From positions 1 to 48,757 of the forward strand of contig JAADVB010000140.1 in assembly GCA_023334545.1 (NCBI GenBank): DNA of 48,757 bases. The letters run 5' to 3'. A program made the translations under genes and the position numbers. Shown here one piece after another: positions 48,610-48,757 of the stretch; within the stretch, counting starts at the first letter, position 1; every line of letters begins with the position of its first letter. A model generated the notes under the pieces. The model made no database searches and had not been told where the DNA came from. It was given only the letters and a program-made list of their open reading frames with translations. Source of the DNA: Salisapilia sapeloensis CBS 127946. Its lineage: Eukaryota > Protista > Oomycota.

Positions 48610-48757
48610 TTAGATCAACCCTTCGCGTCTATTCTTCTGATAGAGTCTATGTTTTCGCTTCGGATTTCGCACTTGGTTGGAGTATGGGCGAAGGCGCCTG
48701 GGACGGCGTCGGTGGCCAGTGGCGGGCATAGCGAAAGCAAGTGAGTTGGGTCGAGCG
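48610..48757 (-). CDS. Possible 3' end of a gene entering from beyond the right edge
   Basis: GC-rich, coding-like stretch. One minus frame reads ARPNSLAFAMPATGHRRRPRRLRPYSNQVRNPKRKHRLYQKNRREGLI*, but all three minus frames are open for >100 nt, so the frame cannot be fixed. Confidence 0.25.
   Translation of the reverse strand, partial: ARPNSLAFAMPATGHRRRPRRLRPYSNQVRNPKRKHRLYQKNRREGLI

Noticed and set aside
1-48757. rRNA, tRNA, CRISPR arrays, transposase/RT/integrase ORFs, viral insertions
   Set aside because: No such motifs or repeat structures were recognised by eye. A tRNAscan/Rfam/RepeatMasker run would be needed to exclude small or degenerate elements.

Overview
Gene-dense eukaryotic genomic DNA, most consistent with a flagellated oomycete-like stramenopile (inferred from the TM-LRR-'WLGC' receptor family, GC(S/T)xxAM-type ankyrin-like repeats, CFAP44, and short, mostly 50-70 nt GT-AG introns). 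About 19 protein-coding genes were reconstructed, with introns placed by hand: a 5'-partial TM-LRR family gene at the left edge, single-TOG CLASP-like protein, calmodulin-lysine methyltransferase, two-pore channel, an uncharacterised multi-domain cytidine-deaminase-fold protein, cytoplasmic dynein intermediate chain, GlmU-like hexapeptide protein, claudin-like 4TM protein, TM-LRR-WLGC protein, SAMHD1-like HD dNTPase (GC-AG intron), RING+PX-like protein, a 1589-aa EF-hand protein, P5 ATPase with a signal peptide and Cys-rich ectodomain, METTL6-like methyltransferase, ankyrin protein, UreF, Cid1/TUT-family nucleotidyltransferase, Nuf2 and CFAP44. There is one clear ankyrin-repeat pseudogene and two weaker relics. 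No rRNA, tRNA, CRISPR array or recognisable transposon was seen. The best leads are the putative Rossmann/CARF-like sensor + deaminase protein, a possible in-frame spliced TUTase-UreF fusion, the ectodomain-bearing P5 ATPase and the prokaryote-like GlmU protein. All homology calls come from motif recognition, not from database searches.
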